A stretch of 64,000 bases of DNA from Verrucomicrobiales bacterium (GTDB lineage: Bacteria > Verrucomicrobiota > Verrucomicrobiia > Limisphaerales > UBA9464), in contig SXSK01000192.1 in the NCBI GenBank assembly GCA_005793375.1, forward strand, positions 2,039 to 66,038, written 5' to 3'. The notes under the pieces are model-generated. The model was not told the DNA's origin, did not search any database, and worked only from the letters and a program-made list of their open reading frames with translations. Position 1 is the stretch's first letter. Every line of letters begins with the position of its first letter. Shown piece after piece: positions 9,710-19,476 of this stretch. The position numbers and the translations under genes are program-made.

Positions 9710-12421
9710 ATGAGTCTTCCCTCAGTTCGCCCGTCGCCGACAAATCGCGGTTGGGACCCGAAGTTGGTCCCTGGAATATCCGACACAGTTGCCCCTTCAA
9801 TTCCGCCGACCGATCGGGTTGAATCTCCCCGCCTGCGCGACGTGGATCCGCAGGTGGATTCCTGCGTGCTTACGGCTTCTGCCAATTCTCGGTTGCGCGT
9901 CACCGTCGACGGAAAATTTTTCCGCCTGGGTGAGGCCAAGTTCCATCCTCGAGGGGTTACCTATGGGCCGTTTGAGCCGGATGCAACCGGGAGCGGGTTT
10001 GCGTCACCAGAGCGGACGGCGTCGGATTTGCTGATGATAAGAGAGTTGGGGGCAAATCTGGTTCGGGTCTATTTTGTTCCGCCGCGTTGGTTCTTGGATC
10101 TGGCGCTGGCGAATGAGTTGCGGGTGTTCGTGGACGTGGCGTGGAACCAGCACGTTTGCTTTTTGGACGATGCCGCCTGTCGGGCGGCGGCTACGGGAGC
10201 GGTGGCGGCGGCGTCGCAGGCATGCGCACATCATCCAGCGGTATTCGCCTTAAGCGTGGTGAATGAGATTCCGGCGGATATTGTGCGCTGGAGCGAGTCA
10301 ACGCGGGTCGGGGAGTTTATTGATGAGTTGGTGTGTCTGGCGAAAACCCATGATCCGGACTTGCTCTGCACTTTTGGCAACTTCCCTCCCACGGAATTCC
10401 TGGAATCCAGCGGCATCGATTTCCTCTGTTTCAATGTCTACCTGCATGCTCAGCGACCGTTTGAAAACTATCTGGCCCGGCTCCAGATGCTGGCGGACGT
10501 CAAACCGCTCCTGATAGGAGAATTTGGGATCGATACGTTGCGGGAAGGGGAACAGCGGCAAGGCGAGATTCTTTCCTGGAAGATCAAAACGGCGTTTCGG
10601 TGTGGGTGCGCCGGTGTGGTGGTCTATAGTTTCACGGATGATTGGTGGAAGGATGGCCGGGCGATTGAAGACTGGGCTTTTGGACTCACCACGCGGAGCC
10701 GCGAGAAAAAGCCAGCCTTCGACGTGGTGCAGAAACATTTCGCACTCGCTCCGTATTTTCCGCCGTCCTATTTCCCGCGGGTGAGTGTGGTGGTGGCGAG
10801 TTACAATGGAGCGCCAACCCTCAAGGCCTGTCTTCAATCTCTTGAGCGATTGAATTATCCGGAATACGAAGTGATTTTGGTCGATGACGGCTCGACGGAC
10901 GCGACGGAATCTCTCGCGGCGCTGTTTCCTTCGGTGCGCTACTTCCGCCACGCGCAGAATCAGGGATTGAGCTCGGCTCGCAATACGGGGATCACCGCAG
11001 CGACCGGGGAGATCGTGGCGTTTACCGACTCGGATTGCCGAGCCGACGAAGACTGGCTGCATTACTTGATCGGCGATTTGCTCAGTTCCCGTTTTACGGG
11101 TATTGGCGGGCATAATTTCCTGCCGCCGGATGATTCTGCGGTGGCTGCCGCGGTCATGGTTTCCCCGGGGGGGCCGGCGCATGTCATGTTGAACGATCGG
11201 TTGGCGGAGCACATCCCGGGGTGCAACATGGCCTTTTATCGCTGGGCCTTGGTGGAAATCGGTGGTTTCGACCCCTTATACCGCAAAGCGGGCGATGACG
11301 TCGACATCTGCTGGCGGCTGCAACAGCGTGGATACCTTTTGGGGTTCAGTCCTTCGGGATTTGTTTGGCACTACCGACGGAACACCGTGAAGGCCTATCT
11401 GCGGCAGCAAATTGGCTATGGGGAAGCGGAGGCCATATTGGAGCGGCGGCATCCGGAGAATTTCAATCGATTTGGAGGGTCGATGTGGCATGGCCGGATC
11501 TATTCGCCCGCCAAGATAAGTATCGAGACGCGTCAACCGATCATCTACCATGGGTTGTTCGGGAGCGGCTTTTTTCAAAGCATCTACGCCTCATCGGCCA
11601 GTCTAACGTTGGTGGCATCCACTAGTTTGGAATTTCACACCTTGGTGACGCTGCCGTTGTTGGTGTTGGGAGCGGTTGTTCCATTTGTGGCCACATTGGG
11701 CATCGCCAGTCTGGTGTTCAGCCTGAGCCTGTGTGTGGTGGCGGCGTCGCAAGCGGAATTGCCTCGGAGTAAACACCGCTGGTGGTCGCGTCCGCTTGTG
11801 GCCTTGCTATTTCTTCTCCAACCGGTGGTGCGTGGATGGGCGAGACATCAGCGGAATCTCTTTGGACAACAGCCCTCGCTGGAGGCGCGAGAAAGTTTGG
11901 ATTCGCTGAGTCTGGAAGGGCCCATCCAGGAACTTAGGACCCGGTTGTACTGGGTGGAAAATGGCTTGGATCGAATGGCCTTTTTGGCGCGAGTGATTGA
12001 GCGCTTGGATCAGCGCGGTTGGCGCAACAAACCCGACGCGGGTTGGAGCCGTTACGATGTAGAAATCCAGGGGAGTCGTTGGGCACGGCTCCAGTTGACC
12101 ACAGCCGCCGAGTTTCATCCGGGCGGCCGCCAACTCCTGCGCTGTCGGCTCGAGGCCCGATGGAGCCTGTTTGGGCGCGCGTTGTTTTGGTCCGTTGCTG
12201 GATTGGAATTGGTGTTGATTGGATTCTTGACTCGCGGGTGGCCAACACCGCAGTGGTGGTCCTGGTTGATTTTGCTGACTCTACCTCCGCTGATCTGGTT
12301 TCTCAACGAGTCTCGACGAGATTTGCTCCGGCTCATCGCGGCTTTCATGGATGATCGGGCGAAGGAATTTGGCATGGTGAACATCCGCCCACGGAACGTC
12401 TCTCCGACTACAACTGGCTGA
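9710..12421 (+). CDS. Glycoside-hydrolase-like TIM-barrel / family 2 glycosyltransferase / multi-TM fusion protein
   Basis: The GT2 core is 'SVVVASYNGAPTLKACLQSLERLNYPEYEVILVDDGSTD' with 'FTDSDC'. The N-terminal ~340 aa look like a GH-type barrel ('VRVYFVPP', 'NVYLH', 'GEFG'). Several hydrophobic helices follow after aa ~640. Confidence 0.7.
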   Translation: MSLPSVRPSPTNRGWDPKLVPGISDTVAPSIPPTDRVESPRLRDVDPQVDSCVLTASANSRLRVTVDGKFFRLGEAKFHPRGVTYGPFEPDATGSGFASPERTASDLLMIRELGANLVRVYFVPPRWFLDLALANELRVFVDVAWNQHVCFLDDAACRAAATGAVAAASQACAHHPAVFALSVVNEIPADIVRWSESTRVGEFIDELVCLAKTHDPDLLCTFGNFPPTEFLESSGIDFLCFNVYLHAQRPFENYLARLQMLADVKPLLIGEFGIDTLREGEQRQGEILSWKIKTAFRCGCAGVVVYSFTDDWWKDGRAIEDWAFGLTTRSREKKPAFDVVQKHFALAPYFPPSYFPRVSVVVASYNGAPTLKACLQSLERLNYPEYEVILVDDGSTDATESLAALFPSVRYFRHAQNQGLSSARNTGITAATGEIVAFTDSDCRADEDWLHYLIGDLLSSRFTGIGGHNFLPPDDSAVAAAVMVSPGGPAHVMLNDRLAEHIPGCNMAFYRWALVEIGGFDPLYRKAGDDVDICWRLQQRGYLLGFSPSGFVWHYRRNTVKAYLRQQIGYGEAEAILERRHPENFNRFGGSMWHGRIYSPAKISIETRQPIIYHGLFGSGFFQSIYASSASLTLVASTSLEFHTLVTLPLLVLGAVVPFVATLGIASLVFSLSLCVVAASQAELPRSKHRWWSRPLVALLFLLQPVVRGWARHQRNLFGQQPSLEARESLDSLSLEGPIQELRTRLYWVENGLDRMAFLARVIERLDQRGWRNKPDAGWSRYDVEIQGSRWARLQLTTAAEFHPGGRQLLRCRLEARWSLFGRALFWSVAGLELVLIGFLTRGWPTPQWWSWLILLTLPPLIWFLNESRRDLLRLIAAFMDDRAKEFGMVNIRPRNVSPTTTG

Positions 12422-12424
12422 CGA

Positions 12425-15400
12425 ATGGATCCAGGGTTTGACGAGCTCACAAGTCTGCTTCCGCGGTGTCTGCTTCCCGATTGGGTCAGGATCGGCTCGC
12501 GCGCGGCCCGTTTGTTCCGGGATCGGCTGCACGCCGACAGGCACGAAGCCATTCTGGCGCGGCTATTGGAACAGGCGCGCCAGTCGGTCGCATTGCACGA
12601 ATGGCGACGGTTAAACAGTCCTCGGGCAACGTATCCGGCAGGGCTCCCCATTTCGGCGCGCAAAGACGACATTGTGCGTGCTATTCGGGAGAACCAGGTG
12701 GTCGTTCTCGCTGGGGAAACAGGTTCCGGAAAAACCACGCAGATTCCCAAGATGTGTTTGGAGGCGGGATTGGGGATCCAGGCGAAGATCGGTTGCACGC
12801 AACCGCGTCGGGTTGCCGCGCTGTCTATTTCCCGGCGTATTGCCGAAGAGTTGGGCGTGTCCTGGGGACGCGAGGTCGGTTGTAAGATCCGCTTCGATGA
12901 CCGTTCGAGTCCTGAGACGTTCATCAAGCTGATGACTGACGGCATCTTATTGGCGGAGACGCAAGGGGACCCGCTGCTGTCTGAGTACAACGCCATCATC
13001 GTGGACGAAGCACATGAGCGCTCGCTCAACATCGATTTCCTGCTCGGCCTTTTGAAGGGAATACTGGCGAAACGAAATGACCTGAAGCTCATCATCACGT
13101 CCGCGACCATCGATACCGCCGCCTTTTCTGCGGCGTTTGGAAACGCGCCGGTGCTTGAGATTTCTGGCCGCACCTATCCGGTGGAAGTGATTTATGAACC
13201 CTTTGATGCCCAGTCAGAGGAAGCCGGTGAGATGACCTTTGTCGATGCCGCCATTCGATCCACCCAGCGCGTGCTGGACGAATCCAGCGAAGGAGATGTC
13301 TTGGTGTTTTTACCCGGCGAACGCGACATTCGCGAAGCCAGCGACGCGCTGGTGGGCAGCCTTGAAACCGGGGTCGAGGTTATTCCGATGTACGGGCGGC
13401 TGAGTTCTGGAGATCAGCAACGCGTGTTTTCTTCCTCGGGACGGCGCAAGGTTGTCGTGGCGACAAACATCGCCGAGACATCGCTGACGATTCCGGGGAT
13501 ACGGTTTGTGGTGGATGCGGGTTTGGCGCGAATGAGCCGGTACAATTCCCGGACTCGTACAAAGCGGTTGCCGGTGGAACCGATCTCGCAGAGTAGTGCC
13601 AATCAGCGAAAGGGCCGAGCGGGCCGCGTGCAGGAAGGGGTCTGCATCCGGCTGTACTCGGAAGAGGATTATGCGGGGCGCCCGCCGTTTACGCAGCCGG
13701 AGATTCAGCGCGCCAACTTGGCCGAAGTCATCCTGCGGATGAAAGCCTACCGGTTTGGTGACATTGAGACGTTCCCATTTCTGAATCCACCCTCGCCAGC
13801 GGCGATTACGGGTGGGTACGAATTGTTGCAGGAATTGGGGGCATTGGATGCTCAGCGAGATTTGACGCCGATGGGCCGTGATCTGGCGCGGTTGCCGATT
13901 GATCCCACGTTGGGGCGCATGCTGCTTCAATCGCAAAAGGAGCACGCCACGCGTGAACTGTTGATCATTGCGTCTGGGCTCAGTGTTCAAGATCCACGCG
14001 AGCGTCCATTGGATCAACGGGCGGCGGCGGATGCCATGCATCGGCGTCATCTCCATTCGCAATCCGATTTCCTGACATTGTTGAACATCTGGAATGCCGT
14101 GCATGAACAGTGGGAACAACTCCGCACGCAGGGCGAGCGCCGCAAGTTCTGCAAGCAACAGTTCCTATCCTATACCCGGATGCGTGAGTGGCAGGATTTA
14201 CATGCGCAGCTCTATGGGGCATTGGAGGAATTGGGAACGGTGCGGCTCAATGAGAGTACCGCCGAGTATGACGCGGTGCATCGATCGATTCTGAGCGGAC
14301 TTCTGGGTCACGTGGCTACACGGATTGAGCGCAATCAATACAAGGCTGCTGGCAATCGTGAATTGTTGATCTTCCCAGGCTCGACCTTGAGCGATCGTCC
14401 CGACAGACATCGGGATCGAACCGAATCCAAAGGCCGACAGGCATCAGACGAGGTGGCCGCGTTGGTGCCGCGTCAACCGCACTGGATCGTGGCGGGCGAA
14501 ATTGTCGAGACATCACAATTGTTCGCTCGAACGGTGGCGGGTATCGATCCGCATTGGATTCGATTGCTGGCGCCGCATCTCTGCAAAGTGACCCATCAGA
14601 ATCCACATTGGAGCCCTGAGTCTGGACGAGTCCTGGCGGAAGAAATTGTCACCTTTTACGGATTTGAAGTTCAACGTCGCAAGGTTGCCTTTGGGACAAT
14701 TGACCCCGCACTGGCCACTTCCATCTTCATTCGGAGTGCTTTGGTGGAAGGAGCGCTGCTCCCGGCACCGAAGCAGTTTCGGAATCATCAGGAGGAGAAT
14801 CCCAGGGGTCGGCATGGGGGGCGGGGACGCGTCGTGGCCGAGCCAGCTTCGGAGTCGGAGTCAGAGTCGGCGGATGTTCAAGCCGAAGCCGAACGCCGCT
14901 TTCCATTTCTGGCGCACAACCGGCAAGTGAGTGAGCGTATTGAATCGTGGCAGACCCGTGTCCGCCATCGGGGTTTTGATGTCGATCAAGCATTGTTTCG
15001 ATTCTATTCCGGCCGAATCGCTGATGTGTCCTCCATCCACGAACTCAACCGGTTTTGCAATGAACTTTCCGATCAGGCGCTACTGTGCGCGTCGGAGAGC
15101 GATTTGGTTGGCCAACAGTCCACGCGGTTCGATGCGGAAGCGTTTCCCGATGCTGTGGTGTTGGGAGGTCAACCGGTCGAAGCGGTCTATGCCTACGCCC
15201 CGGGCGAGGATCACGATGGAGTGACGTTGCGTGTGCCAGCCGAGTTGGCGCGGTCGATTTCGCCCGCCCACGTACAGTGGGCGATACCCGGTTTCAGAGC
15301 CGAGCAAGCGCTGGAATTGCTCGGTTCCCTCCCGAAATCCTCGCGCCGCGACTTGCAGCCGTTTGCACCGAAGGTCGCCGAAATTGCGCGTGATTTTGTG

Positions 15401-16630
15401 CCAGAGGGGAATTCGCTGCGCCATGAATTGAGTGCCTTTATTCGAAAACGGTTCGGCGTTGAAGTGGCTCCAGAGTTGTGGAAAATGGAGTCAATTCCGG
15501 CACATCTAAAGACTCGCGTGGAGATTGTCGGACGCCAGGACAAAATATTGGCGGCGGGGCGTGACTTGAACTCGCTTCGGGAAACCTTGGAGAAGCAATT
15601 GGCGAAGACGCCGCTGCCGCTTCGGAACGATGAACCGGCATGGGCTCAAGCGGCGCAGAAGCACGAGCGGTTTGGGTTGACCCAATGGAGTGTCGGGGAT
15701 GTGCCGGAGCGCATTACCTTGCTCGAAGGCCCCGGACTTCCGTTGTACGCGTGGCTCGGATTGCAGGTGGAGGATGGGGCTGTCAATTTGCGGCTCCATC
15801 GGACTCAGGATGTCGCCCGAAAACTGGGAGCGGTTGGTGTTCGTCGATTGGCGGAACTGGCGCTACAAAAGGATCTGGCTTGGCTGCAGAAAGACCTCCG
15901 AGCCTTGTCCAAATGGGAGGCACTCTATGCGCTGTTGGGTCCTGGTGCAGAGTTGCAAGAGACCGCCTTCGAAAATCTTTGGGCTTACGTGTGCCCGCTT
16001 TCATCCCAACCGATCCGCACTGCTGCCGAGTTTGAATCCTATGTCCAGAGGGCTCGTTCCTTATTGCCCGGATTGTCGCAACAATTGGTGGACCGCGTGC
16101 GGGCCATTTTGGAACTGCGCCAGCAGGTCCAAGCCCGAGTCGGCGCCGCTCCACTACTGCGATCTGTTACGGAACGAGCGCGGACCAAAACCTTGAACGA
16201 TTTCAGCCAGTTGTCTCTGGCAACGGTGCCAGCGGCGGCCTTGGCGAAGGCGCCCGTATCTAGCATGGCCGCCGAGTTGGAAACATTGCTCCCGTCACGG
16301 TTCCTCGCCACCACTCCCTTTGAACGGTTGCATCATGTGCCGCGCTATCTCAAAGCGCTTCAACTGCGGGCGGAACGAGCCTCAAACAATCCGCCCAAAG
16401 ATGCGGAGCGGGCTCGTCTGCTCGCCCCGTTCGTGGCGCGACTCAAGGGGTACCAAGCCTCGACGCAACTCCCGGTTGAAGCGGTGTCACTGGTGGCGGA
16501 GTTGCGCTGGATGTTGGAGGAATACCGTGTGTCGCTCTTCGCGCAAGAATTGGGGACGGCTCATCCCATCTCACCGAAACGCCTGGAGGATCATCTGGAT
16601 CGGATCCGGCAATTTGCCGGGGTGTCGTGA
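12425..16630 (+). CDS. hrpA: ATP-dependent RNA helicase HrpA (DEAH-box)
   Basis: Motifs 'GETGSGKTTQ', 'DEAHERS', 'TSATID', 'TNIAETSLTIPG' and 'QRKGRAGR' are all present. The ORF is 1401 aa, uninterrupted. Confidence 0.92.
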   Translation: MDPGFDELTSLLPRCLLPDWVRIGSRAARLFRDRLHADRHEAILARLLEQARQSVALHEWRRLNSPRATYPAGLPISARKDDIVRAIRENQVVVLAGETGSGKTTQIPKMCLEAGLGIQAKIGCTQPRRVAALSISRRIAEELGVSWGREVGCKIRFDDRSSPETFIKLMTDGILLAETQGDPLLSEYNAIIVDEAHERSLNIDFLLGLLKGILAKRNDLKLIITSATIDTAAFSAAFGNAPVLEISGRTYPVEVIYEPFDAQSEEAGEMTFVDAAIRSTQRVLDESSEGDVLVFLPGERDIREASDALVGSLETGVEVIPMYGRLSSGDQQRVFSSSGRRKVVVATNIAETSLTIPGIRFVVDAGLARMSRYNSRTRTKRLPVEPISQSSANQRKGRAGRVQEGVCIRLYSEEDYAGRPPFTQPEIQRANLAEVILRMKAYRFGDIETFPFLNPPSPAAITGGYELLQELGALDAQRDLTPMGRDLARLPIDPTLGRMLLQSQKEHATRELLIIASGLSVQDPRERPLDQRAAADAMHRRHLHSQSDFLTLLNIWNAVHEQWEQLRTQGERRKFCKQQFLSYTRMREWQDLHAQLYGALEELGTVRLNESTAEYDAVHRSILSGLLGHVATRIERNQYKAAGNRELLIFPGSTLSDRPDRHRDRTESKGRQASDEVAALVPRQPHWIVAGEIVETSQLFARTVAGIDPHWIRLLAPHLCKVTHQNPHWSPESGRVLAEEIVTFYGFEVQRRKVAFGTIDPALATSIFIRSALVEGALLPAPKQFRNHQEENPRGRHGGRGRVVAEPASESESESADVQAEAERRFPFLAHNRQVSERIESWQTRVRHRGFDVDQALFRFYSGRIADVSSIHELNRFCNELSDQALLCASESDLVGQQSTRFDAEAFPDAVVLGGQPVEAVYAYAPGEDHDGVTLRVPAELARSISPAHVQWAIPGFRAEQALELLGSLPKSSRRDLQPFAPKVAEIARDFVPEGNSLRHELSAFIRKRFGVEVAPELWKMESIPAHLKTRVEIVGRQDKILAAGRDLNSLRETLEKQLAKTPLPLRNDEPAWAQAAQKHERFGLTQWSVGDVPERITLLEGPGLPLYAWLGLQVEDGAVNLRLHRTQDVARKLGAVGVRRLAELALQKDLAWLQKDLRALSKWEALYALLGPGAELQETAFENLWAYVCPLSSQPIRTAAEFESYVQRARSLLPGLSQQLVDRVRAILELRQQVQARVGAAPLLRSVTERARTKTLNDFSQLSLATVPAAALAKAPVSSMAAELETLLPSRFLATTPFERLHHVPRYLKALQLRAERASNNPPKDAERARLLAPFVARLKGYQASTQLPVEAVSLVAELRWMLEEYRVSLFAQELGTAHPISPKRLEDHLDRIRQFAGVS

Positions 16631-16652
16631 CGCGGGGTTATCCAGTGCTGGC

Positions 16653-17690
16653 TTAGTGCGCCGCTGTAGGGTTTTCGGCGGCGGCGATCTGGCGGGTGAT
16701 CTCGAAGGCCACATCCAGGGCGGCTTTGGCCTGTTCCCCGGTGACTTTTGGGATGCGCCGGGCCTGGACGCATTCCACAAAGTGTTGGAGTTCGAGTTTC
16801 AATGGCTCTTCTTTCGCGATAGGCACGGGTTCACGAACAATTTTGCGCCCGGCGAATTCACTCACGATGGTGGAATCTTTGGCGGCGAGGAGTTTCTTGA
16901 ACAAGGAGCTCTCTGATTCGCCGTCGCGGGCGAGTCGGTAGATGAAACCCTCTTGAGCTCGATAATCGAGGGAGATGTAACTGGTCTGGGCGCCACCGCT
17001 GAACACTCGGATTTTGCGCATCCGTTCTGGACTGATACGGCTCGCGGTGAGATTGGCAACGCAGCCGTTGGCAAAGCGGAGTCTGGCATTGGCAATGTCT
17101 TCGCTGGAGCTGAGGACGGGGATGCCGACGGCGTCGACGCTGACCAAAGGGGACCGGACGAAGGCTAGGACGACGTCGAGATCATGAATCATGAGATCCA
17201 GGACCACACCGATATCGGTACTGCGGGCGGGGTAGGGGGACAGGCGGTGGCATTCAATGAAGCGCGGTTCTGTGGCCACCTGTTCCAAATAGCTGAAGAC
17301 GGGATTGAATCGTTCGACGTGGCCGACCTGAAGGACAGCATTGTGGGTTCGTGCCAGGCGAACCAATTCTTCCGCCTGGGCGGCACGGTCGGTCATGGGT
17401 TTCTCCACCAGGAGATGCTTGCCGGCGATTAGGAGTTCACGAGCGATGGCCCAATGGGTGACCGTGGGGGTGACAATGCTCAGTGCATCGCTACTATCGG
17501 ATGCCTCAGCGACACTGTTGAATGCGGTGACGCCGTATTTATCGGCATGGAGCCGCGCGGCCTCGGGGTGAACGTCGTAGACGCCCGTAAAGGTGACAAG
17601 CCCGGAGCGTGCCAGATCGGCATAGATGCGGGCGTGTTCTTTTCCAAGGGATCCAGTGCCGAGGACTGCAACACGAACGTTTTGATTCAT
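16653..17690 (-). CDS. Gfo/Idh/MocA family oxidoreductase
   Basis: The N-terminal Rossmann motif is 'VRVAVLGTGSLGKEHA', with 'EKPM' and the overall family layout. Confidence 0.8.
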   Translation of the reverse strand: MNQNVRVAVLGTGSLGKEHARIYADLARSGLVTFTGVYDVHPEAARLHADKYGVTAFNSVAEASDSSDALSIVTPTVTHWAIARELLIAGKHLLVEKPMTDRAAQAEELVRLARTHNAVLQVGHVERFNPVFSYLEQVATEPRFIECHRLSPYPARSTDIGVVLDLMIHDLDVVLAFVRSPLVSVDAVGIPVLSSSEDIANARLRFANGCVANLTASRISPERMRKIRVFSGGAQTSYISLDYRAQEGFIYRLARDGESESSLFKKLLAAKDSTIVSEFAGRKIVREPVPIAKEEPLKLELQHFVECVQARRIPKVTGEQAKAALDVAFEITRQIAAAENPTAAH

Positions 17691-17772
17691 GAGTCTTTCG
17701 ACGATCCTTCGGTGTCCCTAAGAACCGGATGGTTACGAAGGAGCGTTCGGACAATGTTAGACATCGTCCGTG

Positions 17773-17810
17773 AGGAAAAGAAAAGGCAGTCCGAACGGGA
17801 TCGAACTGCC
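17773..17810 (-). terminator. Rho-independent terminator after acpP
   Basis: On the minus strand the stem ggcagt...actgcc is followed by 'ttttcttttcc', 18 nt after the acpP stop. Confidence 0.7.
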
Positions 17811-17827
17811 TTCGATCGGGGGGAGGT

Positions 17828-18073
17828 CTATTTGGACTGTTGATCCTCGATGTAGCGGATGACGTCGCCGACGCTGGTCAGCTTCTCCGCTTCTTCATCG
17901 GGGATCTCGGATCCAAACTCCTCCTCGAGCGCCATCACCAGCTCTACTGTATCCAGCGAGTCCGCGCCCAGGTCCTCGATAAACTTTGCCTCGGGGGTGA
18001 CCTGATCGGGATTAACGCCGAGCTGCTCGACGATGATGTCCTTGATCCGTTGCTCGATGCTTTTTTCAGCCAT
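17828..18073 (-). CDS. acpP: Acyl carrier protein
   Basis: 81 aa with the phosphopantetheine site '[19 protein letters not shown]'. Confidence 0.95.
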   Translation of the reverse strand: MAEKSIEQRIKDIIVEQLGVNPDQVTPEAKFIEDLGADSLDTVELVMALEEEFGSEIPDEEAEKLTSVGDVIRYIEDQQSK

Positions 18074-18204
18074 GGGAAGGGTCTTTAATTATTTCGATAG
18101 GCTTCCTAGGCAGAGGGGCAAACAGCGTCAAGCTGTATGTCTGGAAAATGTTTGGTTCCCCCGGCCATGAAAGTGGTGCCGCGCGCATCCATTAGTTGGA
18201 TTGC

Positions 18205-19356
18205 TTACATCACGGCGTTGTAAAGGTCTCTAAAGTCAGCCGCCGTGACGGGCACGGCATTGGTTTTGTGACAAGGATCGTCCACTGCCTGGCCGACGAG
18301 GGCGTCGATCAGGGCGGGTTGGACCCCGTGGTCCCGCAAGCGGGTGTTCAGGCCCAGCTTGGCAAGAAAATCGGAGATGAATGCCACCGTGCGATGATCT
18401 GCTTCGGTGTCGGATACACCCAAGACATCGAGTCCGCAGGCGACACCGACGCGTCGGTAGAGCCCGGGTTTTCGAGATGCGCAAAACTTCATGCCAGCCA
18501 CGAGACACAACGCATTGGCGAGTCCATGGTGCATGCCGCACAAGGTGGAAAGCGGATGGGCCAGGGAATGGACGACACCGAGATCCTTCTGGAAGGCCAC
18601 CGCCCCCATGGATGCCGCCACGAGCATCTTCCCGCGCGCATCGACGTCACTTCCGTCTCGGTAAGCTCTTGGTAATGCGTCGATAATGAGTCGAACCCCC
18701 TCTAGCGCGATGCCATCGCACATGGGATGAAACGCCGGACAGGTGTAACTTTCGATACAATGGGTGAGCGCGTCGGCTCCAGTTGCCGCCGTGAGTTTGG
18801 GCGGTAATCCCACCGTTAGTTCCGGGTCCAGAATCACCAGTTTCGCCAGCAGTTCCGGATGGAAGATCACCGACTTGCGGCGGGTGGCGTCCAAAGTAAT
18901 GACCGAGCTGCGCCCGACTTCACTGCCGGTGCCGGCGGTGGTGGGAATTGCAATAAATGGTGCCAGTCCGGACCAATCGGGTTCGTCGTAAAACTTGGTA
19001 AGGTCGAATCCTGGGCGCTTGACCAGCAATCGAGAAGCTTTTCCAGCATCGAGCGGACTGCCTCCACCGATGGCGATCACGCCGTCACAATGCCGCTCGC
19101 AAAAGAGTGCCGCGGGTTTGTGGACATCGTCTTCAACGGGATTGGGATGAACGCCGCAGAAAAGTTCCCAAGCGCCAGGAATGGCGCCATCCAGAACTTC
19201 CCGCATGCTGGCGAACGCGGGTGTGTTCGCAAATCCATCATCGGTCACGACCAATGGGCGGTGCACGCCCAGGCGCGACAGTTGGGCGGGGAGTTCGCGA
19301 AGGGCGCGAGGTCCGAACAACGTTCGAGTTGGAAAGGAAAAACTGGTGAGGCTCAT
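18205..19356 (-). CDS. Iron-containing (group III) alcohol dehydrogenase family protein
   Basis: Contains 'AIGGGSPLD', 'IPTTAGTGSE' and His-rich metal-ligand motifs ('HSLAHPL', 'HG'). Confidence 0.85.
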   Translation of the reverse strand: MSLTSFSFPTRTLFGPRALRELPAQLSRLGVHRPLVVTDDGFANTPAFASMREVLDGAIPGAWELFCGVHPNPVEDDVHKPAALFCERHCDGVIAIGGGSPLDAGKASRLLVKRPGFDLTKFYDEPDWSGLAPFIAIPTTAGTGSEVGRSSVITLDATRRKSVIFHPELLAKLVILDPELTVGLPPKLTAATGADALTHCIESYTCPAFHPMCDGIALEGVRLIIDALPRAYRDGSDVDARGKMLVAASMGAVAFQKDLGVVHSLAHPLSTLCGMHHGLANALCLVAGMKFCASRKPGLYRRVGVACGLDVLGVSDTEADHRTVAFISDFLAKLGLNTRLRDHGVQPALIDALVGQAVDDPCHKTNAVPVTAADFRDLYNAVM

Positions 19357-19476
19357 TTGCGTCTGGGGGGGAGTCTCGGAAGTTGGGCTCGTGAGTCGAG
19401 CCCAAAGCCTGGGATCTTTTTGGGAGGGGAAGCTTGTATTGGAACGGGGGCCGAAGGCGCCGAATACCTCGGCGTT

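Noticed and set aside
10298-13173. Long antisense ORFs inside the GT2 fusion and hrpA (10298-11212, 304 aa; 12115-13173, 352 aa).
   Set aside because: They lie opposite genes with unambiguous conserved motifs. Their translations are Arg/Pro/Ser-rich and low in complexity with no motifs, which is the typical shadow-ORF pattern of GC-rich DNA.
19385-19470. Hairpins in the spacer between the ADH gene and the upstream secreted-protein gene: gggctcg-tgag-tcgagccc followed by AAAG, and cgccga-atacc-tcggcg followed by TTTT.
   Set aside because: They might be further family copies or terminators. The T-run is on the strand with no upstream gene, and the flank match to CTTTGGAG is weak, so I did not count them as features.
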